Below are positions 18,016 to 27,882 of a stretch of 37,885 nucleotides of DNA, piece by piece. The notes under the pieces are model-generated. The model saw only the letters and a program-made list of their open reading frames with translations, searched no databases and was not told where the DNA came from. The stretch comes from Calditrichaceae bacterium (GTDB taxonomy: Bacteria > Calditrichota > Calditrichia > Calditrichales > JBFXGD01): contig JBFXGD010000018.1 of assembly GCA_050178385.1 (NCBI GenBank), forward strand, positions 1 to 37,885, in the 5' to 3' direction. The position numbers and the translations under genes were made by a program. Every line of letters begins with the position of its first letter. Position 1 is the stretch's first letter.

Positions 18016-19302
18016 CTATAAAACTTTTACTTTTACTTTCAAATCCTTGCCATCGTACTCGATGACTTCTATTTTAGATCCTTTTTTGATTTTCGCATCA
18101 CTGGCAGCCCTCCAGAATTCACCATGAATCTGAACTGTGCCTTCAGGATTGATTTCTGTAAAAGCCAGCCCTTTTTCTCCGATCATACCCTGAGAACCGG
18201 TCGTAGGTTTTTTTCGATGCGTCTTTATCGCTAATGTTATCGCAAAGAAGAAAAACAATACGCTTATTACAACGACCCCCACAATCACTTCCCAAGATAC
18301 CCTTAGAAACGGCAATGGTGAATCGAACAACATGACTGATCCCATAACTAATGACACCACCCCTCCGATGCTCAACAAACCGTAACTTGGAATTTTTATT
18401 TCTAAAAGGAACAGAACAATGGAAAAAAAGATTAACAGCAATCCCGCATAATTTACAGGCAGAGTTTGAAGCGCGTAGAAGCCAAGAATAAGACAAATTC
18501 CGCCAACCACCCCCGGTAATATGCTCCCGGGATTATAAAGTTCAAACAGTATCCCATAGAAACCCAGCATCATCAAAAGATAAGCGATATTCGGATCAGT
18601 AATGGTATCAAGCAATCTTTGCCGCCAACTCATCTCATAGGTTATAACACGGGCATCCCGCGTATTCAGAATTACATTCGAACCGTTGTCAAGAGCTATC
18701 GATTTCCCATGAACAACTGATAGCAGAGAATCCACATCAGGAACAATAAAGTCAATCACATTTAGCTTTAGGGCTTCAGTTTCCGTTATATTCTCGCTCT
18801 CACGAATTGCTCTTTCCGCCCAATCCGCATTTCTCTTCCTCTTTTCGGCAACAGCCCGGATCTTGGCAACCGCGTCATTTGTCACTTTCTCAATCATTGT
18901 ATCTGCTGAATCGGGCTGCGCTCCGCCTCCACCCAATACCGGGTGGGCAGAACCAATATTGGTTGATGGCGCCATAGCGGCGATATGAGCAGCATATGTG
19001 ATGAACACACCGGCGGACCCGGCCCGCGAGCCGGATGGAGAAACATAAACGGCGACAGGTACTTCAGATGCCTGAATGGCTTTCACAATTTCATGCATTG
19101 CTTTCATCAGACCACCGGGCGTATCCATTTCTATTACCAGAAGCTGAGCCTCATCCGCCTCGGCGCGGTCGATGGATTTAGCAATATATTCTGTGGCGAC
19201 CGGATTAATTACCCCATTGATAATAATCCGATTTACGATCTGAGAATAAATCGGTGAATGAAACAGAAATCCTAAAAGTATAGAAAAAATGATTTTTTTC
19301 AT
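18016..19302 (-). CDS. nfeD: NfeD, long form (ClpP-like serine protease + membrane + OB-fold)
   Basis: Motifs DTPGGL, AGSAG, NIGSAHP, multi-TM middle, C-terminal GEFWRA; paired with SPFH. Confidence 0.92.
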   Translation of the reverse strand: MKKIIFSILLGFLFHSPIYSQIVNRIIINGVINPVATEYIAKSIDRAEADEAQLLVIEMDTPGGLMKAMHEIVKAIQASEVPVAVYVSPSGSRAGSAGVFITYAAHIAAMAPSTNIGSAHPVLGGGGAQPDSADTMIEKVTNDAVAKIRAVAEKRKRNADWAERAIRESENITETEALKLNVIDFIVPDVDSLLSVVHGKSIALDNGSNVILNTRDARVITYEMSWRQRLLDTITDPNIAYLLMMLGFYGILFELYNPGSILPGVVGGICLILGFYALQTLPVNYAGLLLIFFSIVLFLLEIKIPSYGLLSIGGVVSLVMGSVMLFDSPLPFLRVSWEVIVGVVVISVLFFFFAITLAIKTHRKKPTTGSQGMIGEKGLAFTEINPEGTVQIHGEFWRAASDAKIKKGSKIEVIEYDGKDLKVKVKVL

Positions 19303-19337
19303 TAGACAGACTTTGAAAGTTGCACCTAACTAAAAGA

Positions 19338-19366
19338 AAAATAGATTAGATGGATTTTAAAGTCAA
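19338..19366 (-). promoter_or_regulatory. sigma70-type promoter TTGACT-N17-TATTTT
   Basis: About 35 nt upstream of the nfeD ATG. Confidence 0.5.
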
Positions 19367-19527
19367 GCCTTTTATATTATTGCACCAACCGCGCAAAAAT
19401 ACCAAAAAAGGAAATATCCGGTTCTTAACAAATAATTATTGTGTGGATATCGAGCATCATTTATGAAACCATATAAAGGGTTTTAATGAGAAAATACCCT
19501 ATTGCCGTTCAATAAAAATGATTGTTA

Positions 19528-19734
19528 TCAGATCGGGATTTTCAGATATATTTTAACTGTGTTCCGATATTTAACAACTTCAATTTTATCTTCGCGGGCT
19601 AACCATCCAATTGCCGCATTCAGCAGAAACGAATCCGCCGAAAGAGCTTTTTTTAACTGAGAAAGTGTCATTTCTCCGTCCCGTCGCAGAGCCTGCCATA
19701 CTTTCCCTGACATCTCCCCTATTTTATATTTCAT
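19528..19734 (-). CDS. Small winged-helix protein (DUF2582-like)
   Basis: IGE..GKVW..L ... AAIGWLAREDKI pattern; AAGGGAG SD. Confidence 0.85.
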   Translation of the reverse strand: MKYKIGEMSGKVWQALRRDGEMTLSQLKKALSADSFLLNAAIGWLAREDKIEVVKYRNTVKIYLKIPI

Positions 19735-19867
19735 CTATCTCCCTTTCCGAAATACAATAAATTTTTGCGATATAAGGTAAGTTTACACAAGAATTAAATC
19801 AAGTTTTAATGATTTAATGTCAGGTAAATTCGTATTGAATTTGAATGAGTAATATATCTTATTTTGC

Positions 19868-19896
19868 TTGACTTGGATAGGGGTACTATGTAACTT
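19868..19896 (+). promoter_or_regulatory. sigma70-type promoter TTGACT-N17-TAACTT
   Basis: Upstream of serA and its AAGGAG SD. Confidence 0.6.
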
Positions 19897-19954
19897 TTTT
19901 CACCAGCTTCTATGTAAATTAAGGGATAATTCCACTGAATAAGGAGAGTGTGTC

Positions 19955-21556
19955 ATGTATAAGATTCTTGTGTCCGACTCCCTTCCGGCCGATATTCTGG
20001 CAAAATACGATAATCAGGAAGGCATCACCGTTGAAAATAAATCCGGAATTCCCATGGATGATCTCAAAAAGATTATTCCGGAATATGACGGGCTTATAGT
20101 ACGCAGCCGCACCAAGGTCACAGCCGATATCCTTGAACAGGCCACCAGATTAAAGGTGATAGGACGGGCGGGAGCAGGCGTTGACAATATTGATTCCAAA
20201 GAAGCTACCAAACGCGGCATTATTGTAATGAACACTCCGGGTGGCAATACAATCGCGGCAACGGAACATTCAATAGCGTTGATGTTATCGGCTTTGCGTA
20301 ATATTCCAAAAGCCAACGCTTCCATCCTGCAGGAAAAATGGGACCGCAAATCTTTTATCGGTCATGAGTTGTATGAGAAAACCATCGGGATTATCGGACT
20401 TGGAAAAATTGGTCGTGAAGTCGCAAAACGCTTATCCGCCTTTGGAGCAAATCTGATCGGATACGACCCGATTCTGACCACTGAAATAGCGGATCGCCTC
20501 GGTGTTAAACTTGTTGACCTCGATCAGCTTCTGGAAAAATCCGATATTATATCTGTACATGCTCCAAAGATGCCTGAAACCATTGATATGATTAATGCTA
20601 ATAACTTGAAACTCTGCAAAGACGGTGTTGTGATCGTAAACTGCGCCCGCGGCGGGATTGTCAATGAAAAAGATTTGATTGCCGCTTTGGATTCGGGGAA
20701 AGTCGGATGTGCCGCAATCGATGTTTTCAGCAGTGAACCTCCCACGGATTTCACTCTGGCTAAACACCCAAACTGTCTGGCCACACCACATCTTGGCGCT
20801 TCCACGGAAGAAGCTCAGGTCAAAGTCGCTGACCAGATTCTGCAGCAGATGATAGAATATTTTAACAAAAATGTCGCTAAGAACGCCGTGAATTATGTCT
20901 CGGTTGACGAAGAACTACAGCCAATAATCGCTCCATTTTATGAACTGGCTATGCGCCTCGGCACCTTATTTAATCAGATTAAAGCCGGCCGGTTAAAGGA
21001 AGTGGCTGTCCGCTATTATGGAACCGTCCTGAATGTTCCCGTTGAGCCTATCACGGCCCATCTTTTGGTAGGCGCGTTAAAATCACAGAGTGACGGTAAA
21101 GATGTTGAAATTATTAACGCCGTTAATTCTCTTGCCATAGCGCGAGAAAAAGGGATAAGTATCGAAATCGCGAAGAAAGATCTCGCTCTGACCAGTCATA
21201 CAAATGTCATCGCATGCGATTTTGTCACCGAATCAGAAACTATTCATGTGGCGGGAACTTATTTCGCTCAGAATATTTTTCATTTGATTGAGTATTGTCA
21301 GTTTAATATTGACGCCGATCTTAACGGCCAGATGATTATTATCGGTAATGATGACATTCCCGGAATTATTGGAAAAGCCGGAACCATCTTTGCTGAAAAT
21401 AAAATCAATATCGGTCACCTGTCTTCAAGCAGAAAAAAGGATACAAAACTGGCCCTGAATATTTTTAATGTGGAAGGTAATCTTAAACCGGAGTTGAAAT
21501 CAAAATTAGAACAAATCGCCGGTGTAAAACGTGTGTTGATCATCAAACTCAACTAA
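19955..21556 (+). CDS. serA: D-3-phosphoglycerate dehydrogenase, long form with C-terminal ACT domain
   Basis: Motifs VRSRTKVT, GRAGAGVDNID, GLGKIG, NCARGG, TPHLGASTEEAQ, ACT-like DDIPGIIG. Confidence 0.95.
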   Translation: MYKILVSDSLPADILAKYDNQEGITVENKSGIPMDDLKKIIPEYDGLIVRSRTKVTADILEQATRLKVIGRAGAGVDNIDSKEATKRGIIVMNTPGGNTIAATEHSIALMLSALRNIPKANASILQEKWDRKSFIGHELYEKTIGIIGLGKIGREVAKRLSAFGANLIGYDPILTTEIADRLGVKLVDLDQLLEKSDIISVHAPKMPETIDMINANNLKLCKDGVVIVNCARGGIVNEKDLIAALDSGKVGCAAIDVFSSEPPTDFTLAKHPNCLATPHLGASTEEAQVKVADQILQQMIEYFNKNVAKNAVNYVSVDEELQPIIAPFYELAMRLGTLFNQIKAGRLKEVAVRYYGTVLNVPVEPITAHLLVGALKSQSDGKDVEIINAVNSLAIAREKGISIEIAKKDLALTSHTNVIACDFVTESETIHVAGTYFAQNIFHLIEYCQFNIDADLNGQMIIIGNDDIPGIIGKAGTIFAENKINIGHLSSSRKKDTKLALNIFNVEGNLKPELKSKLEQIAGVKRVLIIKLN

Positions 21557-21576
21557 AACTGATCATTTTAGGATTG

Positions 21577-21607
21577 AAAAGGCGGGATTTAATTCCGCCT
21601 TTTTTTT
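21577..21607. terminator. Bidirectional intrinsic terminator
   Basis: AAAAGGCGGGA-loop-TTCCGCC-T8 between convergent genes. Confidence 0.85.
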
Positions 21608-21626
21608 AACTTTTATCGATTTCAAT

Positions 21627-22070
21627 TCAATGATAGAGATTTTTATTCTCCGGATCGGACAATCCGCCACCGGAAAATTGTCCGGTTTTCCTGCCTAATT
21701 CGATTCTCCGCCCGACCGCCCCACGCCAGGTCGATTCCACAATGGTTCCGGAAGAATTTTCCATCCGCTTCTGCATGATATCTTCGCCAAAATCGATTAA
21801 AAAAATGGATAGGATATCATCGTCTCTGAATTCGACTGAGATTTTTTCCTGTAAGGGATTTTTCTGCCGTGTCTCAATGATAATTTCAGCGATTAGACTA
21901 TTTTCTGCTTTTTCCGGACTCACGCCTGACCGGATCACAAAAAATCCGGGAGGAGACTGCAATTTAACCGCTGAATTATGGTCTGATTTTCCGCCCCCAA
22001 CCGAATTAACAAACAGAGCAGCACCCACAATTAACAATATAACCACACCGGCGGCATATATGATTCTCAT
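21627..22070 (-). CDS. Hypothetical membrane-anchored or exported protein
   Basis: Hydrophobic N-terminus, purine-rich SD region upstream, stop just before the shared terminator. Confidence 0.65.
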   Translation of the reverse strand: MRIIYAAGVVILLIVGAALFVNSVGGGKSDHNSAVKLQSPPGFFVIRSGVSPEKAENSLIAEIIIETRQKNPLQEKISVEFRDDDILSIFLIDFGEDIMQKRMENSSGTIVESTWRGAVGRRIELGRKTGQFSGGGLSDPENKNLYH

Positions 22071-22238
22071 CCTTTTCCTTCCCCTATATCTAACTCAAAA
22101 CAACGAGATTAAATAAATGTTTATTCTCTTAATTTCATCTTATTACGTCCAGACTGGAATTATTATATAATTTTTGCCATTTTGTTTGTAAATTAACCCT
22201 AAAGTTTACTTCTTCGTTTTAAATGGACAGCCAGAAAA

Positions 22239-23174
22239 TTGAAACTCAGAGAAATTCCTGAAAATGGCACAATTGGTATTGTTGCTCCTGCATTTCCTCC
22301 GGAAAGCAATAAACTGGAGTCCGGAATCGCTTATCTCGAAAATCTGGGCTATAAAATAAAAAGAGGAAAGACGCTTGGAGGCCGCCATGGTTATTTTGCG
22401 GGAAATGATCAGCTCCGCGCCGGTGACTTAAACGAAATGTACAGCGATCCAAATGTCGACGCAATTATTTGCGCCCGTGGTGGATGGGGAAGCTTGCGGA
22501 TACTTGATCTCCTGGATTATGAATTGATCAGGGATAATCCAAAACTTCTGATCGGATATTCGGATATAACCACTCTTCAACTTGCAATATGGAAAAATTG
22601 CCGCGTTCCTTCATTGTCCGGTCCAATGGCGGCCGTAGAAATGGGTAAAGGGATTCACCGTTTTACGGAGAAATATTTTCTGGATCAGATATCCGGTAAT
22701 CACTCCGGGATAATCATTGATTTACCGGGAGTGAACGCTGAGATACGTGGAGAAGAAGATCGAAGCGGAATATTACTGGGCGGATGTCTCTCGCTTGTCA
22801 CCTCGCTCCTAGGCACAAAGTACGAGCCGGATTTTAATAAGGTAATCCTGGTTCTTGAAGATATCGCTGAAGAACCATATAAAATCGACCGTCATTTGGC
22901 TCAACTCAAACAAGCCGGAGTTTTTGAAAAAATCGGTGGTCTTATTTTAGGTGATTTTATTGATTGTGAACCTAAAAAAGATGATCAGCACGCATTCACC
23001 GTTAACGAAATTTTCTCCGATTATTTTAGCGGTAAGACATTTCCGGTGATTTCCGGATTTCCCTATGGACACGGAGATAAAAAAATTTCCATGCCTATTG
23101 GAATTCCGGTTACGATCAGCGCGTCATCCCGGTTTTTGAAAATCGGAAATTTATTCACCCCTGAATCTGTATAA
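22239..23174 (+). CDS. ldcA: LD-carboxypeptidase (peptidase S66)
   Basis: Motifs CARGGWG, GYSDIT (Ser), LEDIAE (Glu), YGHG (His). Confidence 0.9.
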   Translation: MKLREIPENGTIGIVAPAFPPESNKLESGIAYLENLGYKIKRGKTLGGRHGYFAGNDQLRAGDLNEMYSDPNVDAIICARGGWGSLRILDLLDYELIRDNPKLLIGYSDITTLQLAIWKNCRVPSLSGPMAAVEMGKGIHRFTEKYFLDQISGNHSGIIIDLPGVNAEIRGEEDRSGILLGGCLSLVTSLLGTKYEPDFNKVILVLEDIAEEPYKIDRHLAQLKQAGVFEKIGGLILGDFIDCEPKKDDQHAFTVNEIFSDYFSGKTFPVISGFPYGHGDKKISMPIGIPVTISASSRFLKIGNLFTPESV

Positions 23175-23243
23175 TATTTTTACATTATGCCGATTTCCGG
23201 AAATTTATTTGGGTTAAATTACTTATGAACCTTGATTTACGCG

Positions 23244-23272
23244 TTGACTATTTTTTAATATTTTGTTATATT
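23244..23272 (+). promoter_or_regulatory. sigma70-type promoter TTGACT-N17-TATATT with extended TG
   Basis: Upstream of purN ATG 23299. Confidence 0.6.
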
Positions 23273-23298
23273 TTATATTTACAGATGATGTTAAATTT

Positions 23299-23925
23299 AT
23301 GAAAAAAATTGCAGTTTTTGCATCCGGAAGAGGCAGTAATTTCCTCAAGATATGTGAAGGAGTAAATTCAGGATTTATTCCCGCAAAGGTCTCCTTGCTG
23401 GTAGCGGGTGATTCCGGAATTGGCGCAATAGATATTGCAAAGGAATTTGATATACCTTTTAAAGTAATTTCCAGATCCGAATACAAAAGCCGTGATGAAT
23501 TTAACAAGACCCTGTTGGATACACTTGTAAGATATAATATTGATTTTATTGCCCTTGCAGGATGGCTAAGTTTAATCGGTCCACAAATATTAGAAAAATT
23601 TTCCAACCGGATTGTGAACATACACCCTGCGCTGCTCCCGTTTTTTGGGGGAAAAGGAATGTATGGCCATCGTGTTCACGCTGCCGTCTGGAAAAGCGGA
23701 ATGCGGATTTCCGGAGCCACTGTGCATTTCGTGAACGAAAATTATGATGAGGGCAAAATTATTCTTCAGGAATCGGTGCAGCTGGAATGGAATGATACTC
23801 CGGAACAGATTTCTCAAAAGGTCTTAAAGATTGAGCACCGGTTATACCCAAAGGCATTAAAATTGCTGGTTGAAGACAGAATCCGTATAATTGACAGTAG
23901 AGTTTGCCTGAACAGCGGAGATTAG
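23299..23925 (+). CDS. purN: Phosphoribosylglycinamide formyltransferase
   Basis: Motifs FASGRGSN, LAGW, NIHPALLP, SGATVHFV...YDEG, EHRLYP. Confidence 0.95.
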   Translation: MKKIAVFASGRGSNFLKICEGVNSGFIPAKVSLLVAGDSGIGAIDIAKEFDIPFKVISRSEYKSRDEFNKTLLDTLVRYNIDFIALAGWLSLIGPQILEKFSNRIVNIHPALLPFFGGKGMYGHRVHAAVWKSGMRISGATVHFVNENYDEGKIILQESVQLEWNDTPEQISQKVLKIEHRLYPKALKLLVEDRIRIIDSRVCLNSGD

Positions 23926-23926
23926 A

Positions 23927-25477
23927 GTGTTTAAAAAAAGAGCGATATTAAGCGTTTATGATAAAGAAAGTATATGCGAATTAGCCGAATTTCTGATCAG
24001 TAACGGTTATGAAATCGTTTCTTCAGGGGGAACTCATAAAACATTGAGTGATGCGGGTATTTCAGTCACCGAGGTGAGCGCTGTGACCGGCTTCCCCGAA
24101 ATCCTGGGTGGAAGAGTTAAAACCATCCATCCCGCGATTCTGGCCGGGATTCTGGCAAAACATGAACCGAATCATCTTAAACAACTGAACGAGCATAAAC
24201 TTTCATCAGTCGATATTGTCGTCGTCAATCTCTATCCGTTTGAAAAAACGATAGCCGCGCCAGGGGTGACAATTTACGAAGCTATTGAACAGATCGACAT
24301 CGGCGGACCGACACTGATCCGTGCGGCAGCAAAGAACCATGAATATGTCACCGTTCTTACAAAACCTGAACAATATCAGGAATTTATGACTGTGTTTTCT
24401 GACAACGGCGGTGACATACCAAAGAGTTTTCGCCTGAAGTGCGCAGTCGATGTTTTCAGATTGATGGCAAGATATAATCAGATAATTGCTGATTATTTAT
24501 CATCAAAAGAAGAAAAAAGCGGATCGGACATGCCTGAACTTTTCGGCTTAAACGGTTCTCTGTTTCAGTCATTACGTTATGGAGAAAATCCGCATCAGCA
24601 GGCCGGTTTTTACTCCCTGCCGAATCAGATCCCCCTGGGAGGTATGACCCAGTTACACGGTAAAGAGTTAAGCTATAACAATATACTGGATTTGCAGGCG
24701 GCACTGAGCATTATAAGCGAGTTTAAAGAGTCTGCATGTGTAATCATTAAACACAACAATCCCTGCGGTGTTGCGGTATCTGACTCTCTTTTCGATGCTC
24801 ACACCCGCGCCCGGTCCACAGATGAATCATCGGCTTTCGGGGGAATCATCTCTTTCAACGGAGATGTGAATGCTGAACTCGCGGAATCCCTCGCATCGTA
24901 TTTTGTGGAATGTATCATCGCTCCCGGGTTCAGCGATGAAGCACTTGGACGTCTGAAAAAAAAGAAAAATATGCGTTTACTCACATATAATCCATCCGGC
25001 TTCGAATCGCCGGCATGGGAAATAAAACCGGTAACCGGTGGATTTTTAGTGCAAACCGTTGATACACTTAAGGAAAATATCCGTAAAGCCAGAGTCGTGA
25101 CAAAGAGGCTCCCTTCTGAGAATGAATGGCAGGCAATGGAATTTGCCTGGAAACTTATCAAGCACATTAAATCCAATGCCATATTATTCGCCGGCAACAA
25201 TCAGACTCTTGGGATTGGCGCAGGACAGATGTCCCGTGTCGATTCGACGGAAGTTGCCATCTTAAAATCTAAAAAAGCAAACCTGTCTCTTAACGGATCA
25301 GCAGTTGCGTCCGATGCTTTTTTCCCTTTCAGAGACAGCATTGAAGCCCTTGTTCAAGCCGGGGCTACCGCCGTCATACAACCGGGCGGTTCTATTCGCG
25401 ATGAAGAGGTTATTCAGGCAGCTGATGATGCCGGAATAACCATGATTTTCACAGGTAACAGACATTTTAAACACTAA
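23927..25477 (+). CDS. purH: Bifunctional AICAR transformylase/IMP cyclohydrolase
   Basis: Motifs [52 protein letters not shown]. Confidence 0.97.
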   Translation: MFKKRAILSVYDKESICELAEFLISNGYEIVSSGGTHKTLSDAGISVTEVSAVTGFPEILGGRVKTIHPAILAGILAKHEPNHLKQLNEHKLSSVDIVVVNLYPFEKTIAAPGVTIYEAIEQIDIGGPTLIRAAAKNHEYVTVLTKPEQYQEFMTVFSDNGGDIPKSFRLKCAVDVFRLMARYNQIIADYLSSKEEKSGSDMPELFGLNGSLFQSLRYGENPHQQAGFYSLPNQIPLGGMTQLHGKELSYNNILDLQAALSIISEFKESACVIIKHNNPCGVAVSDSLFDAHTRARSTDESSAFGGIISFNGDVNAELAESLASYFVECIIAPGFSDEALGRLKKKKNMRLLTYNPSGFESPAWEIKPVTGGFLVQTVDTLKENIRKARVVTKRLPSENEWQAMEFAWKLIKHIKSNAILFAGNNQTLGIGAGQMSRVDSTEVAILKSKKANLSLNGSAVASDAFFPFRDSIEALVQAGATAVIQPGGSIRDEEVIQAADDAGITMIFTGNRHFKH

Positions 25478-25500
25478 TCATTCTCTATGGGAGCTTTCAC

Positions 25501-26535
25501 ATGGCGCTATCATTTTTAAATGTTTTCACTTCCGATATCGGGATAGATTTAGGTACCGCCAACACCTTAATCTATGTCAAAGGCAAAGGCATTGTTGTTA
25601 ACGAACCTTCGATCATAGCTTTAGAGGAAAATTCTGACAAAGTTGTGGCGGTCGGCAGTGAGGCGAGACAAATGTTAGGCCGTACCCACCACGATATTGC
25701 AACAATAAGGCCTTTGAAGGATGGCGTCATTGCTGATTTCGAAGCAAACGAGATCATGATCAGAGAACTCATAAAAAAAGCCAACGTCAACCGCATGATG
25801 ATTGGAAAGATCGTCGTCTGCGTTCCATCAGGCATAACAGAGGTAGAAAAACGAGCTGTGCGTGATTCTGCAGAACGCGCGGGCGCGCGTGAAGTTCATC
25901 TGGTAGCTGAGGCTATGGCGGCGGCGATTGGTGTCGGGCTCGACATCGGTGAACCGGTCGGAAATATGGTTGTGGATATTGGTGGCGGAACTTCAGAAAT
26001 AGCGGTGATTTCACTAAACGGAATAGTTCATCATACATCGATCCGCATCGGTGGTGATGAAATGAATCAATCCATTATTCAATATTTTAAGAAAAATTAC
26101 AATCTGCTGATCGGTGAAAAAACAGCCGAAGAAATCAAATGCAGCATAGGATCCGCTTCTGCTCTCGAAGAAGAGGTTAACACCGAAGTTAAGGGACGTG
26201 ATCTTGTTGATGGTATTCCAAAAACTATTGAGATAAGTTCAGTCCAGATTCGGGAGGCATTAAACGAATCAATAATGACTATTGTAGAGGCTATAAAATT
26301 ATCTCTTGAGAGAACCCCTCCGGAACTTGCGGCGGATATTCTTGACCGGGGCATCATTCTTACAGGTGGCGGAGCGCTGTTGCGGAATCTGGATATACGG
26401 ATCAGAGAAGAAACTTCTATGGCGATTCATGTCGCCGAGGACCCGCTTACCTGTGTCGCGCGCGGATGCGGAAAAATCCTTGACAATCCTGAAAAATATG
26501 AGAAAGTGCTCTTAAAGCAACGCAGGCCGCTGTAA
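25501..26535 (+). CDS. mreB: Rod shape-determining protein MreB
   Basis: Motifs IDLGTANT, RPLKDGVIADF, VDIGGGT, LTGGGALL. Confidence 0.97.
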   Translation: MALSFLNVFTSDIGIDLGTANTLIYVKGKGIVVNEPSIIALEENSDKVVAVGSEARQMLGRTHHDIATIRPLKDGVIADFEANEIMIRELIKKANVNRMMIGKIVVCVPSGITEVEKRAVRDSAERAGAREVHLVAEAMAAAIGVGLDIGEPVGNMVVDIGGGTSEIAVISLNGIVHHTSIRIGGDEMNQSIIQYFKKNYNLLIGEKTAEEIKCSIGSASALEEEVNTEVKGRDLVDGIPKTIEISSVQIREALNESIMTIVEAIKLSLERTPPELAADILDRGIILTGGGALLRNLDIRIREETSMAIHVAEDPLTCVARGCGKILDNPEKYEKVLLKQRRPL

Positions 26536-26609
26536 GGCTGATCAAGACTGGCTTATTATATGAACAGAGTTGAACCGTTTTGACAATTAATTAAGAAATA
26601 AATGCCATT

Positions 26610-27413
26610 GTGAATATTACACGATTTATAGCGAGATTTTTTGAGTTTTTATTACTTTCGGTATACATGATCCTGTCTCTTCTGCTGATGCTTTCAAGTG
26701 AAAGTAAGATTGTTGCGGGTCTCCGTCAGACAGGATTAGTTACTATTGGCTCCGTTCAGAGCCTGTTCAGCTCTACAGGATCATATTTCGATCTGAAAGA
26801 AAAAAACCGGGAACTACGCAAGGAAAACACACAGCTTTCCTACGAAATTTTTCAGCTTCAGGACGCTTTGCTGGAAAATTTAAGATTAAAAGAGCTGCTG
26901 CAGTTTAAATATGAAGTAGATTACGATCTTATACCCGCCAAAGTCATTGGTTTCAGCCCTCAGGATTTTGTAAGCGGACTGCTGCTCTCCACTAAAGATT
27001 ACACAAAGATCAAAGAAGACGCCGCAGTCATGACTTCTGATGGACTCGTGGGTAAAATTGTAAGCCATGCCGGAAAAAATGCGATCTGCCAGATTCTAAT
27101 GGATCCAAACAGTCGTGTCAGCGCGAGGATTCAGCGTAGTCGTGATTTAGGAATTATTTTATGGGATGGCGGTACTTTACTGAAACTGGATCATATTCCC
27201 AACACCATTACTGTGTTCGAAGGTGACGTATTGACAACTTCCGGTTACAGCAAGCTTTTTCCACCTAATATCAAAATTGGTGTTGTGATCAAAGTAGAAA
27301 AAAGTGAAGAAAAATTATTCCAGTCTATAACCGTAAAACCGGCAGTGAACTTTAACCAGCTGGAAGAAGTATTTATATTACAGGCAAAAGATACCGATGA
27401 ATCAGGAACTTAA
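26610..27413 (+). CDS. mreC: Rod shape-determining protein MreC
   Basis: TM, coiled coil (ENLRLKELL), GLVGKI, TSG...FPP; synteny. Confidence 0.92.
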   Translation: MNITRFIARFFEFLLLSVYMILSLLLMLSSESKIVAGLRQTGLVTIGSVQSLFSSTGSYFDLKEKNRELRKENTQLSYEIFQLQDALLENLRLKELLQFKYEVDYDLIPAKVIGFSPQDFVSGLLLSTKDYTKIKEDAAVMTSDGLVGKIVSHAGKNAICQILMDPNSRVSARIQRSRDLGIILWDGGTLLKLDHIPNTITVFEGDVLTTSGYSKLFPPNIKIGVVIKVEKSEEKLFQSITVKPAVNFNQLEEVFILQAKDTDESGT

Positions 27414-27882
27414 GTATTTTATTTTCATTTTTATTGCATTCGGCATCAGCAGTGTGGTTCTGCAAAGTGTCTTCGTGCCATTTATCGAGTTGAACGTATG
27501 GAGACCTGATCTTGTTCTTGTCGTGGTTCTTTTAACGGGAAAAAGATTCGGCTCTGTAGGCGGCAGCACCAGCGGCTTTTTACTGGGAATCCTTCAGGAC
27601 GCCCTCACATCTATGCCGATAGGAATTTCTGCCCTGCCAAAAGCCGTCGCCGGATATGCTTCAGGAAAAATTAAAGCAGTTCGTCTGGAAGGAGCTGTGT
27701 ATTATTTAATGTATGTAGTCTTAATTTTTTTGCATGAAGTGATTTATTACCTGTTTATTCAATTTAAGATTGATATTTCGTTTACTGAATTAATCTACAG
27801 CCGTGTCTTTCCGAATACCATTTATACAACACTCATGCTCATATTCGTAAATCTTTTTGCTCAGAAATATTTTACAGAATGA
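27397..27882 (+). CDS. mreD: Rod shape-determining protein MreD
   Basis: Hydrophobic, PDLVL and GFLLGILQD motifs; synteny. Confidence 0.88.
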   Translation: MNQELKYFIFIFIAFGISSVVLQSVFVPFIELNVWRPDLVLVVVLLTGKRFGSVGGSTSGFLLGILQDALTSMPIGISALPKAVAGYASGKIKAVRLEGAVYYLMYVVLIFLHEVIYYLFIQFKIDISFTELIYSRVFPNTIYTTLMLIFVNLFAQKYFTE

